64,000 bases of DNA from Anthoceros angustus (Eukaryota > Plantae > Anthocerotophyta): the NCBI GenBank assembly GCA_010909165.1, contig VJWM01000019.1, positions 372,001-436,000 on the forward strand, given 5' to 3'. The notes beneath the pieces were generated by a model that made no database searches, was not told the origin of the DNA, and saw only the letters and a list, made by a program, of their open reading frames with translations. Shown here one piece after another: positions 27,900-39,554 of the stretch (its first letter is position 1; each line of letters starts with the position of its first letter). A program made the position numbers and the translations under genes.

Positions 27900-30260
27900 T
27901 GATCTTCCCTTCTGCCTCCGCTCCCAGACCCTCTAGTTGCCTGATAATTTTTGGAATAATTTACTTGTTGCATGTTGTTGCAGAAAAGGCCACTTCTGTA
28001 ACACGGCTGTCAAATGTTGGCACAAAGTTCCCATGTTTGGAGTCGCATCCATTAATTTGCCTGCTGCCTGTGTGGTTGACTCTTTAAGAGTAAGCAAGAA
28101 GGTAGTTGCACCATGGCTTACGGCCGCTACCCCTTTGTCATGAGAGAGATAATTCTCCCACAAGTTCGTGCCTGCATCTTGATTAATCGGCATACAAGCA
28201 TAAGGTCGTCAAAATTGTGTTTGAGCCTGTGCAACCTCGGAGTACCTAGCAAGTAACTTGTGAGTGGCTCTACTTTGTCCATTACCATCATGACCTTCTG
28301 AAGCTTCTAATTAACAATGCACCTTTGAATCAACACAGCACCTTCAACAAGCCTTTGAATCAACAGGTGTTGATTCAACGGTGCATTGTTAATCAACAAG
28401 TACTTGCACATAAAGCCTCTTGTCCCTTGCTTACATGTGCAATAACCCAAGGCAATCCAGCACCACTGACTGTATAGGAGCACACTCTTCCACGGTCCTG
28501 ACTTTGCACATATACAAGGTTAAGAGATGTTGTGGTCAGCAAGAACACATCACTATCTGCGGTGGCTCATTACTTTCTGGAAGGCGCTCTACACTATTTT
28601 CTCTTGCTTCGAGTTTTTGATCATGCCAACTGCTTTACATTGTGACACATACCAGAAATGTCTATTCACCTCCTCAAACAAAATGTGCAGGAGTCAATCT
28701 AAATGACAGTTACAAAGGGTTTTTTTGGAAAGTAAGCATCTATACTTCATATGCTTGTGGTATGCCTCAATGGATGAGTTGCAATCCTGCCCTGCATGTG
28801 GCACTATACGCATAGCTTTAATCCACTAATGCATGTTAGAGCCCCATTGATCCTTAAAATACCTGACAAAACTACCAGCCAGCTCAGAAAGGTATCATAG
28901 AAGTGTTTCAACCTTTCTTGCAAGCTCGATTCACATCGACGCTGTCATCAAGGGCCATATGCATAATGTCGCCCAGCGACTTCATGATGGCAGGTCTTGT
29001 GTGGGGTTCCTTTACCTTTTTTAGCAATTGCCGTAACTAGGCTCTGCTAACATGCCACAAGCATAAAAAGACTTTACACAGATGTTCCAAACATAGTTTG
29101 AATGACATTAATTTCTGCCAAAAAATCATATATTAGAAAAGCAGTAGCCTGCCATTCAGACTTTTGTAGTACCATCTTTCCACGCAAGCAATGCAACCAT
29201 TGTGAAATGTCATGTGTTGTGGCCTTACTTGTGATGACCCAAAGTGCAAGAATGCTATTGAAGTGGTCATCGAAAACCAAAAGTGTAAAGAGGTGGAACT
29301 TTCATTTGTTGGTGCCAAATGTGGCATCTATAGCAATGATCGAGTTGTGACCCTAATGAAGCATTGTCTACATTTGAAAATCACTCTGGATGCCTAGCAT
29401 GAAGTCTGTGGCATGGTTCTCTATTCCAGGCAGTGGGTAGAACACTTCGGATCTATGGATATCCATCCATAACTTGACACTCACTTCATCTGTTGCATGG
29501 AAACGCCACACCCTGGCATAAAGTTCAGCTTGTAAATTCCTAATGTCGCTTGGAAGGAGAAAATCATCCCTCTCAAGGACTGCTTGTGGATTACAATGCT
29601 TCTGTAGGAAAACATCAGACTCATGATCTTTTAAGATCTGAAAGGCTGTTGTCTTACACAACAACTTGTACTTCACTTATTCCTTCTTTGCAGCAGATAA
29701 GTAAGGAGCGAGGGTGTAGTTTGGACCTGAGTTGCTAGCAAGCAAACCATGACAATATTGCCCTGTCGAATCGATGTGATGCCTTTCATGTAATCTTAGT
29801 TCAGCCACATCAAGGAACATTTCAAGCTAGCTCACGAACACCAGAAATTGGCACCCACGCTTCTTACTCCCCACACACTATCTTAGAGTGCCTCCTGCCA
29901 ACGCCTGTCTTTGGCTTGTTAGTGAGATCAACACTAGCTTCTGATTCAATAGAACTGTACTACCGGTAACCATAAGCACAACTGAACTTCATGTAATGGC
30001 AAGGAGTGGTAGGAGAGATGGCATTTTGCCTAATGCTTGACCTTGTCCACACATTCACCCTCACCAACTTTGTTGGAAAGAATTTTGATGACTCCTCACC
30101 AACAATGAAATCTTAATGTCTACACCAAAGAATGTAACAAAGTTTGACGGGACTGACTTTCTTCCGAACTGTGTGCACAACATCTTGCAATTCCAGGGTT
30201 TCCTTTGAGAAGGGACCCGGACAGGAAGTCTGAACAATAAAAGGGCACACTTGGGGCCGA
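27900..30260 (-). mobile_element. Degraded Mutator-like (MULE + SWIM) transposase relic; ends not defined
   Basis: Broken frames contain LLPSDIRNL..DEVSVKLW..FMLGIQSDFQ, FTVMVFDDH and the SWIM-type GYCTCKQGTRGFMCKY near 28410-28450. Same layout as the transposase at 34-36 kb. Confidence 0.7.
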
Positions 30261-31382
30261 ACGAGATCAGGTGCAATTGTACTCTAGATTGTGTGGGACG
30301 CTTATGGTCATCACAGGCCGTGCCCAAGCTCAACTTTTGGAAGGAAGTTGTGGCGTTTCCTCTTTCAAAATTTCCAGGAGTAGAGATATGATAATAAAGA
30401 CGGGATCCGAGGTTTCTGTCAGGAATACAGTCGATTACGGTGAATACAGTGATACTGGACGAGATGGATTACAGTGGCACAGGAGGAGCCTTGGCTCCCA
30501 TAATCGGAGCTCTGACGGGAGATGGTAGACATGTCACGGTGAACGGAAAGGCCGTGTGGAAGGTGGCATGGCCGTTGCGGCAAAGAGGAGCATGGTGCGA
30601 ACAATGGCATGACTCTAGTGGGTGTGATATGGTGGTTATGTGGAGCTAGTGCTTCGGGTTCCGTGTCCGCATTAACTTAGTAGTGACTAATAGCGCCTGC
30701 GAAAGATAGCTAGTTGCTTCAAACAAGTATGGAGGCCAACATACATGTTATATTGTGCCTTTGGCATGGTAGGAAGGCATGACGAGATCTATTGAAGAAG
30801 GTCACATGTTAAAGAAGAAAATATTGGCTCTTACATAAATCAGGTATGTGGAAGAGCACAATGCGGTAGTTGATATATCTATTCGACAAAAAGGAATAAT
30901 GTTTTACTTTCACCTAATAATATAGATATTATTCTGGTCCATGTCAAAATTCTTGATAATTCTATAGTTATGAATTATATTTGGAATATTATTTTCAAAT
31001 TTTAATTTTAAAACTTAATTCTACTTAGCACAGGTATACTCTAGTATGGATATGATGTTGTTAGATTTCTACAATGAGTGTGAAATGGAAGTCAGAGTTT
31101 TTCCACAAGGAGTCAGCATTTGTGGAGTATTTTAATAAGCAGGGGAGAGTGACTCCGTAGGTTATTTGCCCATGGTCCCTTGTGTTGTGTCTCTTGTTTG
31201 GCAAAGAGGTTCAAAGGTTCTTGCTGCCTTCTTCCGTGTGATCACCACCATCATCCTTGGTCCCTGCAATAAGCTTATCCCCGCCATCGTCCTTCGTCCC
31301 TGCGAGAAACTTGCCCCTACAAGCTTCTTACGAAGCAAATAACAAAGTAGAGGTCTTACGAATCAAAGAACAAATTAGGCGA

Positions 31383-31630
31383 GGCTCATGTTTCCTCACC
31401 ACTTTTGATCCTCGAAAAATTTTGGACAGGCTTTGCGAGCAAGGCACATGTTTCCACACCACACTGTTGATCCTCGAAAAATTCTGGACAGACTTTCCAA
31501 GCAAGGCTCATGTTTCCACACCACGCTGTTGATCCTCGAAAAATTCTGGACAGACTTTCCAAGCAAGACTCATGTTTCCACACCACTGCTGATGCTTAGT
31601 AAATTTTGGACAGGCATTGCGAGGCTCATG
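31383..31630. repeat. Tandem repeat of about 61 bp, about 4 copies
   Basis: Unit ggctcatgtttccacaccac(g/a)ctgttgatcctcgaaaaattctggacagactttccaagcaa starts at about 31383, 31443, 31505 and 31566. Confidence 0.9.
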
Positions 31631-31835
31631 ACAAAAGCATCTGATGTGTAGTCGAGTCGAGCGGGACTTGAACTAGGGTGAACGTCAACCAGGACTGATT
31701 TGGAGTCTTTAGTCGACAAGTAGCAGGTTCCCACATGCAGGGCAGTAGGATGATAGTAAACCACGTCATGCTGACAGATCAATGAAGGCTAGGGCAGGTC
31801 CTGCTATGTATCACCGTGTTGATTGGCTCTCAGTT

Positions 31836-31895
31836 CCGTGTGGAGTAGAGCCGAGACCTGGCTTGCCAACGTCTCTACCACTGAGCTATGCCTCC
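31836..31895 (-). other. tRNA-like head (tRNA pseudogene or SINE 5' end)
   Basis: The minus strand reads GGAGGCATAGCTCAGTGGTAGAG (A-box/D-arm), then GGCTCTACTCC (degenerate B-box). The anticodon arm is too short for a functional tRNA. Confidence 0.5.
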
Positions 31896-32405
31896 ACAGA
31901 TGCACCACTTAGCTCTCAAAATTTTTATACATGAAGCAGCCGACATTGTCCAAGCTATCATGTGCTTGTTCTCTAATTTGCACACGGAGCTGCTTCCCGT
32001 CTCCAACGCTGGGAGCCCACACTTGCAACTGAGTCGATAGAAAAAACTCTTGCACATGATCGCAGGAGGCACACGTATGTCATATTCTTCTAGCATGGCA
32101 CTGAGAGACGAAGGGCTTCCTGCCCCGTGCCCTGCTAGGAATATCCAGCTAACATAGCATCCACGTCCTTGTTGCCTAGTCCAGAAAACACTGTCTAAGC
32201 ATCATGCAAGCTGCCACGCTTTTACTTGTCGTCCCCCGTCCCGGGATGGCGGTGGAAGGGAAGACAGGGAGGGTGGGAGAAGCGCTTTCATAACGTCCAC
32301 GCCAACAAGGCGTGTAACCGCGCCACACGTTGCTCCCGCGGCCCACACGCCCACACACTCTGTTGGCATTCACAGATAGTATTTATGAACCCACAGTATT
32401 TCACA

Positions 32406-32668
32406 GCCTGCGTCTCAATCTCCGAAGCAATCAATGCTTCAAGGCGGCGGGGCGTGGCATGCCATGTTTGCCCATCACGATGCTCTCTCATCGTGGTATA
32501 CTTTAAACGCAACACCATGTACAGGTCCATACAGGATGTTACTGCAGATTTTGCCCAGCACGGCACAACCCCAAGATACGCACCCACCACAACGAGGTTG
32601 TGATGTAAACCAACCATGCTTGATTTTAGAACCGTGCGCGAGTATGAACTGAGCGCGGTGTCTCAAAC
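32406..32668 (+). repeat. Left TIR of the MULE (263 bp)
   Basis: gcctgcgtctcaatctccgaagcaat...gagcgcggtgtctcaaac is the near reverse complement of 36573-36843. Confidence 0.92.
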
Positions 32669-32669
32669 T

Positions 32670-33170
32670 AAAGACGGAAGGCAGGAGCGAGGGAGGACGC
32701 GAGGACGGGAGGAGGCGCGGGCGCGGGCGCGAGGCGGGGAGGGAGGGCGGCGGGAGGGGAGGAGGCGCGGGCGGGGAGGGAGGCGGCGGGCGGGCCACGG
32801 GAGGGCGGGGAGGCCGAGGGAGGGAGGCGGGTGGAGGGGTCGGGAGGCAGGCGGGGAGGCGCGGGGCGGAGGCGGGAGGGCGCGGGGAGGGCGCGGGAGG
32901 CAGGCGGGGGAGGCGGGCGGGGAGGCCGCGAGGCAGGCGGAAGGCCTTGGGAGGCAGGCGGGGGGCTGGGAGGCTGAGGCAGGCTGGGGGGAGGGAGGCA
33001 GGCGGGGAGGCCTTGGAGGCCGCGGGTGGGAGGCCTTGGAGGCCGGGAGGCCCAGGAGGCCAGGCGGGAGGCCATGGGGGCCTTGGGAGGCTGAGGCGGC
33101 CTTGGGAGGCGGGGAGGAGGCCAGGCGGCCTTGGGAGGCAGGCGGAGGATGGGGGATGTGGCGGGTTGGG
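32670..33170 (+). repeat. Strand-biased G-rich low-complexity tract (ggagg/ggcggg) inside the MULE
   Basis: About 500 nt of dense G2-G5 runs. It generates spurious Pro-rich and Gly/Arg-rich ORFs. Confidence 0.9.
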
Positions 33171-33592
33171 ACGCCGCGGTCGTCGATGGCTCTTCCGCCA
33201 CTCAAAATTCGATGAGTGATGTGTGATCGGCTCCATTCCGGTGGATGGCAAGTTCGGGGTCAAATGCAGATGGGTGATGAGCCGAGTATGGCAGCGATAA
33301 ACATTGCATCGCTAGTATGTGGGATGCTGCAGACGGATCACAGCGGAGGAAGTGTTTTGTAGGTTCATCTTTGCAGGGCCCCTAGAAATGATGCAGTAAA
33401 GTCGCTTGGAGGCGAGGCTCGTATAAGTCACAACCGGAAATGCACTTGGCCAGCCCCCACTATCTCGGTACTCGTGACCTCGGTAAACCGCCGGTTGGAG
33501 TCTTGATGTCTGTCACCAAAGTGAGGAGGACAACTAGCAAAGGCGGGGACATCGTGGATGGGACGTATTTTGAATCGAAGTGGTAGGAAATT

Positions 33593-34005
33593 GCCATACG
33601 AGCCTTCTAGCCATACGAGCCTTCTAGCCATACAAGAGCCTTCTAGCCATACAAGAGCCTTCTAGCCATACGGTAGCCTTCATTATTGTACTAATTTGTA
33701 AAACATCCTAGTAAAGAAGTCCAGCTATACAAGGTCGAACAAAATAAATTCTAACAAATTCCTCGAACAAATTCCTCGAATAAATTCCTCGAATAAATTC
33801 AAATTCCTCGAATAAATTCCTCGAACAAATTCTCGAACAAATTCCTCGAATAAATTCCTCGACAAATTCCTCGAATAAATTCCTCAACAAATTCCTCGAA
33901 CAAATTCTCAGCCCTCGATTGCAAAATTTTCCCTCGATTGCAAAATTTTTCAGCCCTCGATTGCAAAATTTTTCAGCCCTCGATTGCAAAATTCTTCAGC
34001 CCTTA
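33593..34005. repeat. Three short tandem arrays inside the MULE: (gccatac[aa]gagccttcta)x4, (aaattcctcgaa[t/c])x~12, (ccctcgattgcaaaatttt[tcag])x4
   Basis: Seen directly at 33593-33672, about 33752-33905 and about 33905-34005. Confidence 0.9.
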
Positions 34006-34099
34006 GCCTAAAGGTGTCACAAAGTAATCACTTTTTCTTCTTGGTCTTGAGCGCTCTTCAATGCCCTTGAAACGCACTAACCGGTTGGTCCGTCATTGA

Positions 34100-36450
34100 A
34101 CAAACTCCTCTAATACCGGTTCATCGCTTGAGGCCTCGTCCACATGCAACTTCCCTAATACGATGTTGTGCTTGTTCCATTATTGCGCAGACCTCAAACA
34201 AAATAGCAGGCTTGGCTTCCACAATGCTTGGAATACCCATGCAGATTGCATCCAAGTCTCGACGCTTCACTTCAACTCCTCCAAGCTACAGGTTGATGGG
34301 AAGATGTGCGACAAGATTGCCAGACAGCCGTTGTATCCGAACATGATTATCATGTGATATCTCATTCTCCGAACAAGATTTAGGTCGTAATGTTCTTCCT
34401 TCTTCTTGTGCCCGAACATAAGATCCATTGGTACACCAAGCAAGGCGCAATAATCGGAAGTATGTTCAAATATACCACATACATTGCACCTTCACAACAT
34501 GTTTGCAAATGAATCCTTTCCCCATCCCACAAGTACAAAATGCCCATGGAGAATGTGCAGCCTCAATGACGTAAACCTTGTCACTATCCTCAGAGGACAT
34601 GCAATATGCAACAGTAGACCCAACTACAGACGGGAATATGACACCTCGTCTAGGATGGTGCTCGCTGGACAAAACATGCTCATATACCTTCTCGAGTTTT
34701 AAATTCGGCTTGTAACCCCCAGTCTTGGTGAAATCAAGGTACCAGTAATGCCGTGCTACCTCGTTCACAAGTTGATGAAGAAGCCAATCCATACGCCTTC
34801 CTGGCAACGCAGCCTTGGTAAAAGATACTCTTTCCTTCAAGAATCGATGAAAGGCCTCCAGAGCAGACGTGGTATCTTGTCCAGCGTGGGGAAACATCCT
34901 GCAGTTCTTCAACCACATGTCTGGCATAACGAAATGCGAAACATTATTACACACAGCCGACACCATGTAAACATCCATTCAAGCAACCCTTACCGCACAA
35001 AGAAACTAGTGCACTTTGGGCAAAGAATAATACCTATAGAGTCACCCCACTGCTTCTTGAAATACTCAACAAAGGCTGGTTGACTTCCATGCCACTCCTT
35101 GTAGAAGAACTCTAACAATACCTTACCCCATGCATGTACCATCTTGCGTATTATGGCCTCGACATACATGATCTCCGCAAGAGCTGCCCAAATCTTCTTC
35201 CTTGCAATAATGCACTTTACCTTCTTTAAAAGGTTTCACGCCAGCCTTCCTTACATGCCATAGACACAACACAACATGTATGTTGGCCCCCATACCGCTT
35301 AAGGCACCTATCTCGCTAAACAATCATCAACTAGGAAGCAACTAGGGACCCATGTTGCACATGTTGTAAGAGCGACATGTCGAGTGGCGCCAACCATGAT
35401 ACCAAAGAAAGTATAGTAGCCTCTGTTAGTGCCCAAGCAATGGAATACCATTAAGGTGTTGATCAAAACCATCACCGTAAATAAGTGGTACCTATACTTG
35501 TTCATACCAAATGTGGCGCCCATGGCTAACACTATTGTTACCATGCTTGATGAACATGCCGATGAAAGGAGTTTGCAACCCTAAAACAAAAGGTTCACCG
35601 TGTTCGATCTATGGAAGATAAGGTCAAGATTCACTTTGAGCCACATCTCGTGGACTTTACATCATCGGTCTAGTTTCCACTCACCCGCTTCCACTTGTCG
35701 CTTCATGTTCAACACATCCTTGCGCATGTAGTCATCTCGAACGCCACCACCACGCTCATGTCCTATGTAGTGACTCATCTTCTCGTACACAACCGCAACA
35801 TGCCGACGCAATCTCACACGATACCTTGCAATAAAGACAATGTTTAACCCAATCCTTTTCTCTTCGAGATCCAAGGAGCTCTAGACAATTTAGGGTGTCC
35901 CACATACTGGACCATGACAGATATCACCGCTCGATCTACGCGCCTCTTCATGAAGAAGGATTTGAGCAACTTGTGAATAAGCGCAATCGCTTCACAACAA
36001 AATTGGCCATACATCCGGTCTTCATGCGCACATTCTTGGGTGTGGTAGCATGAAATCCTCCGTCCATATGAACACCAATACCTACATAGAAACACACAAG
36101 AAATACCAAGATTTGGCTTCAACTTAAGGCAAAGAAAGCACATGGACAGAGGCCACCAAGCCAGAAACCCAAATGGTCGGGAAATTAGTGTAGAGAACTT
36201 GGAAGTTGCGAAAGTACGATATATGTGATTGCGTGTCTAAGGACGGCACAATTGGTGGTGGTAGTGAATTTTGAGTCTTTGAATCCTTCCGATAGAAACT
36301 TGCAGCACATTTGAAGCCTTCACCGAAATGAAATCTTCTACTCTATTCCATGGAATGTAGGCAATCTTCAAATCCTTCAAAACCGCCAAGTTAGATTCTC
36401 GGTGCAAATTGACCAAGCTCGAAATTGCACCTTCAGCGGACACTCCATGG
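34100..36450 (-). pseudogene. MULE transposase with SWIM zinc finger, disrupted by frameshifts and stops
   Basis: ATFGMNKYRYHLFTVMV, HVVLCLWHVRKA, DTTSALEAFHRFLK, GRRMDWLLHQL and the SWIM motif FCTCGMGKGFICKHVVKV. Confidence 0.85.
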
Positions 36451-36468
36451 ACGGAGCACGCCAGAATG

Positions 36469-36563
36469 CTTGGTTTAGGTTAATGTGTTTGTCTTTGGGT
36501 GCTTGGTTTAGGTTAATCTGTTTGTCTTTGGGTGCTTGGTTTAGGTTAATCTGTTTGTCTTTG
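36469..36563. repeat. Tandem repeat of about 33 bp x3 adjoining the right TIR (gcttggtttaggttaat(g/c)tgtttgtctttgggt)
   Basis: Three consecutive near-identical units. Confidence 0.9.
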
Positions 36564-36572
36564 GGATGGTTT

Positions 36573-36843
36573 GTTTAAGACACCCGCGCTCAGTTCATAC
36601 TCGCGCACGGTTCTAAAATCAAGCATGGTTGGTTTACATCACAACCTCGTTGTGGTGGGTGCGTATACTGAGGTTGTGCCGTGCTGGGCAAAATACGGCA
36701 GTGACATCCTGTATGGACCTGTACATGGTGTTGCGTTTAAAGTATACTACGATGAGAGAGCATCGTGATGGGCGAGGCATGGCATGCCACGCCAGCCTTC
36801 ACACGCGCGAAGCATTCATTGCTTCGGAGATTGAGACGCAGGC
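36573..36843 (-). repeat. Right TIR of the MULE (271 bp)
   Basis: Reverse complement of the left TIR. It ends ...ggagattgagacgcaggc immediately before the TSD. Confidence 0.92.
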
Positions 36844-37040
36844 TATTTCACAGATCATGCCTCAGGAAGACAAAACGATCCAATCATCTCATAAGGCCTG
36901 CTTGCTGTAAGGCCCGCGGCCGCACAACCTCATCCTCCTGTTGATCACCTGGCGATCATCATCTCATGCTCATCGTGGGCATTAGGGTTGTGTGTAGGGT
37001 TTAAGGTTGCCGGAGCAGAAGCTGAAGTTTGGTAGATAGC

Positions 37041-38819
37041 ATGGCTGTGAATTGCATCTGCAGAGCCTCAATCTTTGCACCTCGTTGCCAGGCACCGCCT
37101 GCTTCTCGTGAGTGATCGATTCTTTCTTTCCCCTTACTATGTATGCCCTGTATTGTGGGTCTGGATTCCGACCCGTCAGGGGGCCACAGGTCTGATGGGA
37201 GTTTGTGATGTTTGCGTATTGTTGCAGAAAGCAGGAGAGCAGATGGCAAAGAGAAAAGGAAAGGGAAGGGTGGGACACGAGAGGAGGAGATTTTCAGCAT
37301 TGACTCTGGCTGGAAAATTCCAATTCCTCAAACGGAAGAGGTCGGCGGGCTCCAGTAGGTCTTAAGTGGCATGCTTGAAAGCTATGTTGCCTCACCAGAT
37401 GGCCACAAATGAGAATGTTATTGATTATCAGGCCCGGCTCTACAGATGATTGAGATCGCTGGTGTCCAAGTGCCTATGAGATTGAAACAGCAGCTGAAGA
37501 ATGAGAGGAGAGCTAAGCAAACTGTGGAGGTCGTGCCGGAAAACCCAGCACGACTCACGCATAAGTTGCTGCGGGTATGCAGCATTCTCGTGTCTTTGCT
37601 GCCCCAAGTTGATGGCTTTGGCAAGGGTTTCGAAATTCTCATCGAACACTGTACGTAGGTGATGGCAGGTAAGGTGAGCAACAAGAAGCTTTTCTCTCCA
37701 GCGGATCAAAATGTCAGACCTATGATGGAAGTAGTACGTGGAGCTGTTTTCAACGCCTTGCAGGTGCGTGTTTGAAGGGATTTGCTGGCAGCTTGTGTTA
37801 TCGAATGGCTTCTGTAGGTCCTGACCGTGGAAGTGATGAAGCTAAGCTGGTGAGGTTATTTCTCTGCCAGGCACTCGCTGGAACTCCAGGAACCCTCCCC
37901 GCAGGCAGATGGCTTGATTTGTACAGTGGTACAGGCTCAGTCGGGATTGAAGCTCTTAGCAGGGGTTGTGCAAAGGTGACGGACCTAGCATTTTTAAGCT
38001 CTTCTTCTAAGCACAGGTCTTTTGATACCTCTTTCGGGTGTGCTCTTACAATCCCCTAACTTCGGTATATCCTTGAGCAGGCGCACTTTGTGGAATTGGA
38101 CCCTTGGGTGGTTTCTCAAGTCTTGCAGCCTAATTTGGCTTTAACCAACTTCCAAGACGATGCTGTCATACACACAACACGGGTGGAAACCTTTTTGCAA
38201 CAGGCGCATGATCTTGGGCGTGAGTTGCCTGCCTTACCTGTGTGTGGCTGACCAGAAACGGTCCATCCAATTTCAATGCCAGCTGATCCCGCTTCCTGAT
38301 TGTACACGATAAAGTAGATGCTAATGTCTGTTGCAGCTGGGTCTGTGAGGTAACTTCCTTTGAAATGGTTTTGCAGCCAGGCTAGCTGGGGGCCAGTTCG
38401 ACTACATAAGTGTCACTCCTCCCTATGAAGCTGTGACATACACCACTCTAATGGCCCAACTCTCTGAGTCGCCTCTCGTGGGGAAAGACACTTGCATCGT
38501 ATGTGGTAGTGCTTGAGTTGGACTTAATTTGCTCGCTGTCAGAGTTTTCGTGTTGCCCATTGAAGGGTCGTTTGTGCCTTGTACGTTGGTGCAGGTGGTG
38601 GAGTATCCCCTCAAGTCCAAGAAAGAAATGCCTGAAGAGTGTGGCCCACTTGTCAAGGTGCCCGTCTGGTGAAGTGCCCATCAGGAGTGGTGCTCTCAGA
38701 AAAATCTCTCCCCTTGCCAGCTGACAAACTTCTTCGTGTTTGATTTGCAGATTCGTGACAGGCGGTACGGACGTACCCATGTGGCTATCTACGGTCCTTC
38801 ATGGGCCAAAGACGAGTAG
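37041..38819 (+). CDS. RsmD/YlbH-like SAM-dependent rRNA methyltransferase, probably organelle-targeted, multi-exon; start inferred
   Basis: THKLLR|V..KLFSPADQNVRPMMEVVRGAVF, GRWLDLYSGTGSVGIEALSRG, HFVELDPWVVS, FDYISVTPPY, VEYP and DRRYGRTHVAIYGPSW match the plant YlbH-like family. Confidence 0.9.
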
Positions 38820-39554
38820 CTTTTGGTAGGACTCACAATCCATCACATTCCTGAAGTAACAATGTTCACCTTTCCTCGGAAGTGATAGCGTACTCGTAAT
38901 AGCTAACAAGAATTGGAGCCACTCCCATGAAGCGCGGCCAATTCTCCTTGGGCTAGTGTCTCAGACGTTGCCCCGGAATCGTCATATGTATGTGTCAGTT
39001 GTGAGGAGATTAAACAGCTTCCAATCACTTGGATGCGAATTTGTCGTGATAGATCAAGGCTATTGAGATTTCCAGAATCCGAAGAAGTATATACTACGTT
39101 GTACATACATACTTCAGAAGGGGTTGCACTCCAGTTGGCGGGCGTTTTCCCTTCGCCAGCATGCCACTAGTGCGTGAAAATCAGAGACAAGCTTCTGGGG
39201 AAATGAGAGAATCTGACGGGTTATGTAATACATAATAGATAAATATTTCACAAGAAGCTGCCCTGCCAGTTGTCGACAGATCTTCCCATTGCACGCTTGC
39301 CCCTGGAGCGCGTAAAACAAAACGAAGCACCTGAAGAAATACTTGTTTACACAACTACCCTACTTAAACTACACTACTCTCACAGCACAGATCTCTGGCA
39401 ATGTGCCCACCAAATCTGTCCGCATGTACTGCCTGCTTACCGCTTTACAGTCGGATTAAATACAAATACATCTTGTCCCGTTTAGATTCCTGTTGCACGG
39501 GATGTGTGTGAAGAGAGGCTGCCCAGTTTCTGTGTCGGAAGATGACTCCACCAA

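Larger units (their letters stand above)
32406..36843 (-). mobile_element. Boundary-intact Mutator-like element, 4438 bp, with long TIRs and a 9-bp TSD
   Basis: TATTTCACA lies at both 32397-32405 and 36844-36852. The ends are G...C with inverted repeats, and a MULE/SWIM transposase lies inside. Confidence 0.92.

Noticed and set aside
32475-33263. Extensin-like Pro-rich and Gly/Arg-rich ORFs of 177-262 aa
   Set aside because: They are by-products of the G-rich tract, which is open in several frames, and they lie inside a transposon.
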